Source: an uncultured bacterium (lineage in GTDB: Bacteria > Fidelibacterota > Marinisomatia > Marinisomatales > UBA1611). Taken from it: 53,316 nt of DNA. The stretch is taken from the NCBI GenBank assembly GCA_964586315.1, contig CAZPHE010000007.1, positions 1 through 53,316 on the forward strand, written 5' to 3'. Shown here in pieces: positions 51,966 to 53,316 of the stretch. Made by a program: the position numbers and the translations under genes. Under the pieces are notes generated by a model, which was not told the origin of the DNA, ran no database searches, and saw only the letters and a list, made by a program, of their open reading frames with translations. How positions within the stretch are numbered: position 1 is the first letter of the stretch; every line of letters starts with the position of its first letter.

Positions 51966-53045
51966 GTGTATTTTATCAAAAAAACAATTTTAGGTGTTAT
52001 TTTAAATTCTATTATCATAAGTCAAACCATATCTATTAAAGGGATGTTCACTTTAAGCAGCTTAACCAGCAATGATGTCCCAAGTGGTTGGTCATCTTAT
52101 GAATCAGACATAGGGTATATACCAACGCTATCTATAAAACAACACCTATCAAATAAAGTTTTGCTAGATGCTGAATGGGCATACTATTTAAAAAACAATT
52201 ATACTGGTGATTCACTCTATAACACACTTTATAACAATCATCGCCTTTGGATTCGATATTCAAATGAAAAAATAGAAGCTAGGCTTGGTCTCCAAAAAAT
52301 TGTGTTTGGACCAACACAAATCCTTCGCAGTCTTTCTTGGTTTGATACATTCGACTTAAAAGACCCGACTGGGCAGACTGATGGAGTAGAATCATTTAGG
52401 CTTAGATTGTTCCCTTCAAATAATATTTCAATTTGGTCCTGGATAATCAATAATAATTTGGACACTCTATCCTATGGTGGACGAGCTGAACTTTCTTTAA
52501 CCATTGGTGAAATTGGTCTTACCTTTCATATTGATCCAGCAAACTCAGCACAGTCCATTGGACAAATTGGAACCCCAATTTATGGCTCACATAATAGAAC
52601 AGCTATCGATTTTAGATACGATGGATATATCGGCTTTTGGAATGAAAGCGTACTAATTAAATCTGATAGATCACAAATCATGATGTCAACGATAGGCGCT
52701 GACTACACAATACCAGCTGGTGGTGGAATTTTAGTGATGGCAGAGGCAATGTATTCATCAAATAAATATGAAATTCAAAACACAAATCAAAACTACTCCT
52801 CAATCATGGCAAGTCTCCCCATTGGCATTATACACATGGCTATGTATATATCCCAATTTGATTGGACAGAAGAAAAAATCTATCATTATTTACGTTGGAG
52901 CAGTACCTTTGATAGCTATAGCTTAAATATGATCCTTTCACTAAACCCAAAAAGAAATCAATATAATATAATAGAAAGTAATCTTCCAAAATCACTTTCT
53001 GGATTTGGCATGGGGATACAATTTATGTTCATCTACAATCATTGA
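51966..53045 (+). CDS. Putative outer-membrane beta-barrel protein
   Basis: Signal-like N-terminus from GTG 51966; RLWIRY, RLGLQKIVFG, FDLKDP..QTDGV; amphipathic C-terminal strand GIQFMFIYNH. Confidence 0.6.
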   Translation: MYFIKKTILGVILNSIIISQTISIKGMFTLSSLTSNDVPSGWSSYESDIGYIPTLSIKQHLSNKVLLDAEWAYYLKNNYTGDSLYNTLYNNHRLWIRYSNEKIEARLGLQKIVFGPTQILRSLSWFDTFDLKDPTGQTDGVESFRLRLFPSNNISIWSWIINNNLDTLSYGGRAELSLTIGEIGLTFHIDPANSAQSIGQIGTPIYGSHNRTAIDFRYDGYIGFWNESVLIKSDRSQIMMSTIGADYTIPAGGGILVMAEAMYSSNKYEIQNTNQNYSSIMASLPIGIIHMAMYISQFDWTEEKIYHYLRWSSTFDSYSLNMILSLNPKRNQYNIIESNLPKSLSGFGMGIQFMFIYNH

Positions 53046-53054
53046 GGAATAAAG

Positions 53055-53316
53055 ATGGAAAAAGATACCGTCATAGCAATAAACGGGCTAGTTAAACGAT
53101 TCCCTATCGGTGGGGATTATTTTACTGCATTAAAGAATATTGATCTTAATTTAAATGAAGGTGAATTTACCGGTCTTGTAGGGCCTTCAGGATCTGGCAA
53201 GACAACTTTATTGAATATTATTGGTGGACTGGATTCTCCTACTGAAGGCCAGGTTAGTGTCCTGGGCCAGGCTCTAAATGATACATCCCATGGAGAACGG
53301 GCCCGTCTCCGGCGTA
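53055..53316 (+). CDS. ABC transporter ATP-binding protein (LolD/MacB-like), partial
   Basis: Not in the track. MEKDTVIAINGLVKRF...ALKNIDL...GPSGSGKTTLLNIIGGLDSPTEG; GAGG RBS upstream; runs off the window. Confidence 0.9.
   Translation, partial: MEKDTVIAINGLVKRFPIGGDYFTALKNIDLNLNEGEFTGLVGPSGSGKTTLLNIIGGLDSPTEGQVSVLGQALNDTSHGERARLRR

Overview
A gene-dense, very AT-rich bacterial chromosome segment. The gene content (DUF4835, DUF2723, and the order kdsB-pyrG-kdsA-kdsC-lptC-lptB-rpoN) points to the FCB superphylum, most plausibly marine Marinimicrobia/SAR406; this is inference, not a phylogeny. From about 17.9 to 47.5 kb it is mostly core genome on the minus strand: valS, DUF4139, recG, DUF2723/GT117, GT2, cca, a TolC-MFP-MacB-type exporter, and an 11-kb coupled run kdsB-pyrG-kdsA-kdsC-lptC-lptB-rpoN-hflK-hflC-hslV-hslU-argF. 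The left ~17 kb is accessory. It holds a stand-alone DNA base-hypermodification-family protein (aGPT-Pplase1 / 5-hmdU DNA kinase helical domain), a GH5 endoglucanase lipoprotein, an AlkB alkane monooxygenase, an lpxH-HEAT lipoprotein-secreted protein-PHP operon, a TonB-dependent receptor, an ActP-like symporter and an MFS-mutM operon. It also holds several remnants and small ORFs missing from the ORF track: a SHOCT tail, a frameshifted UvrD stub and a truncated ECF sigma factor with a candidate ECF promoter. The right end carries an MMPL/beta-barrel/ABC cluster. I saw no rRNA, tRNA, CRISPR array, integrase or transposase. The best leads are the orphan hypermodification enzyme, a possible GT117-based protein O-glycosylation system, the orphan AlkB and a plant-type ornithine carbamoyltransferase. 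All family assignments come from motif recognition by eye; no searches were run.
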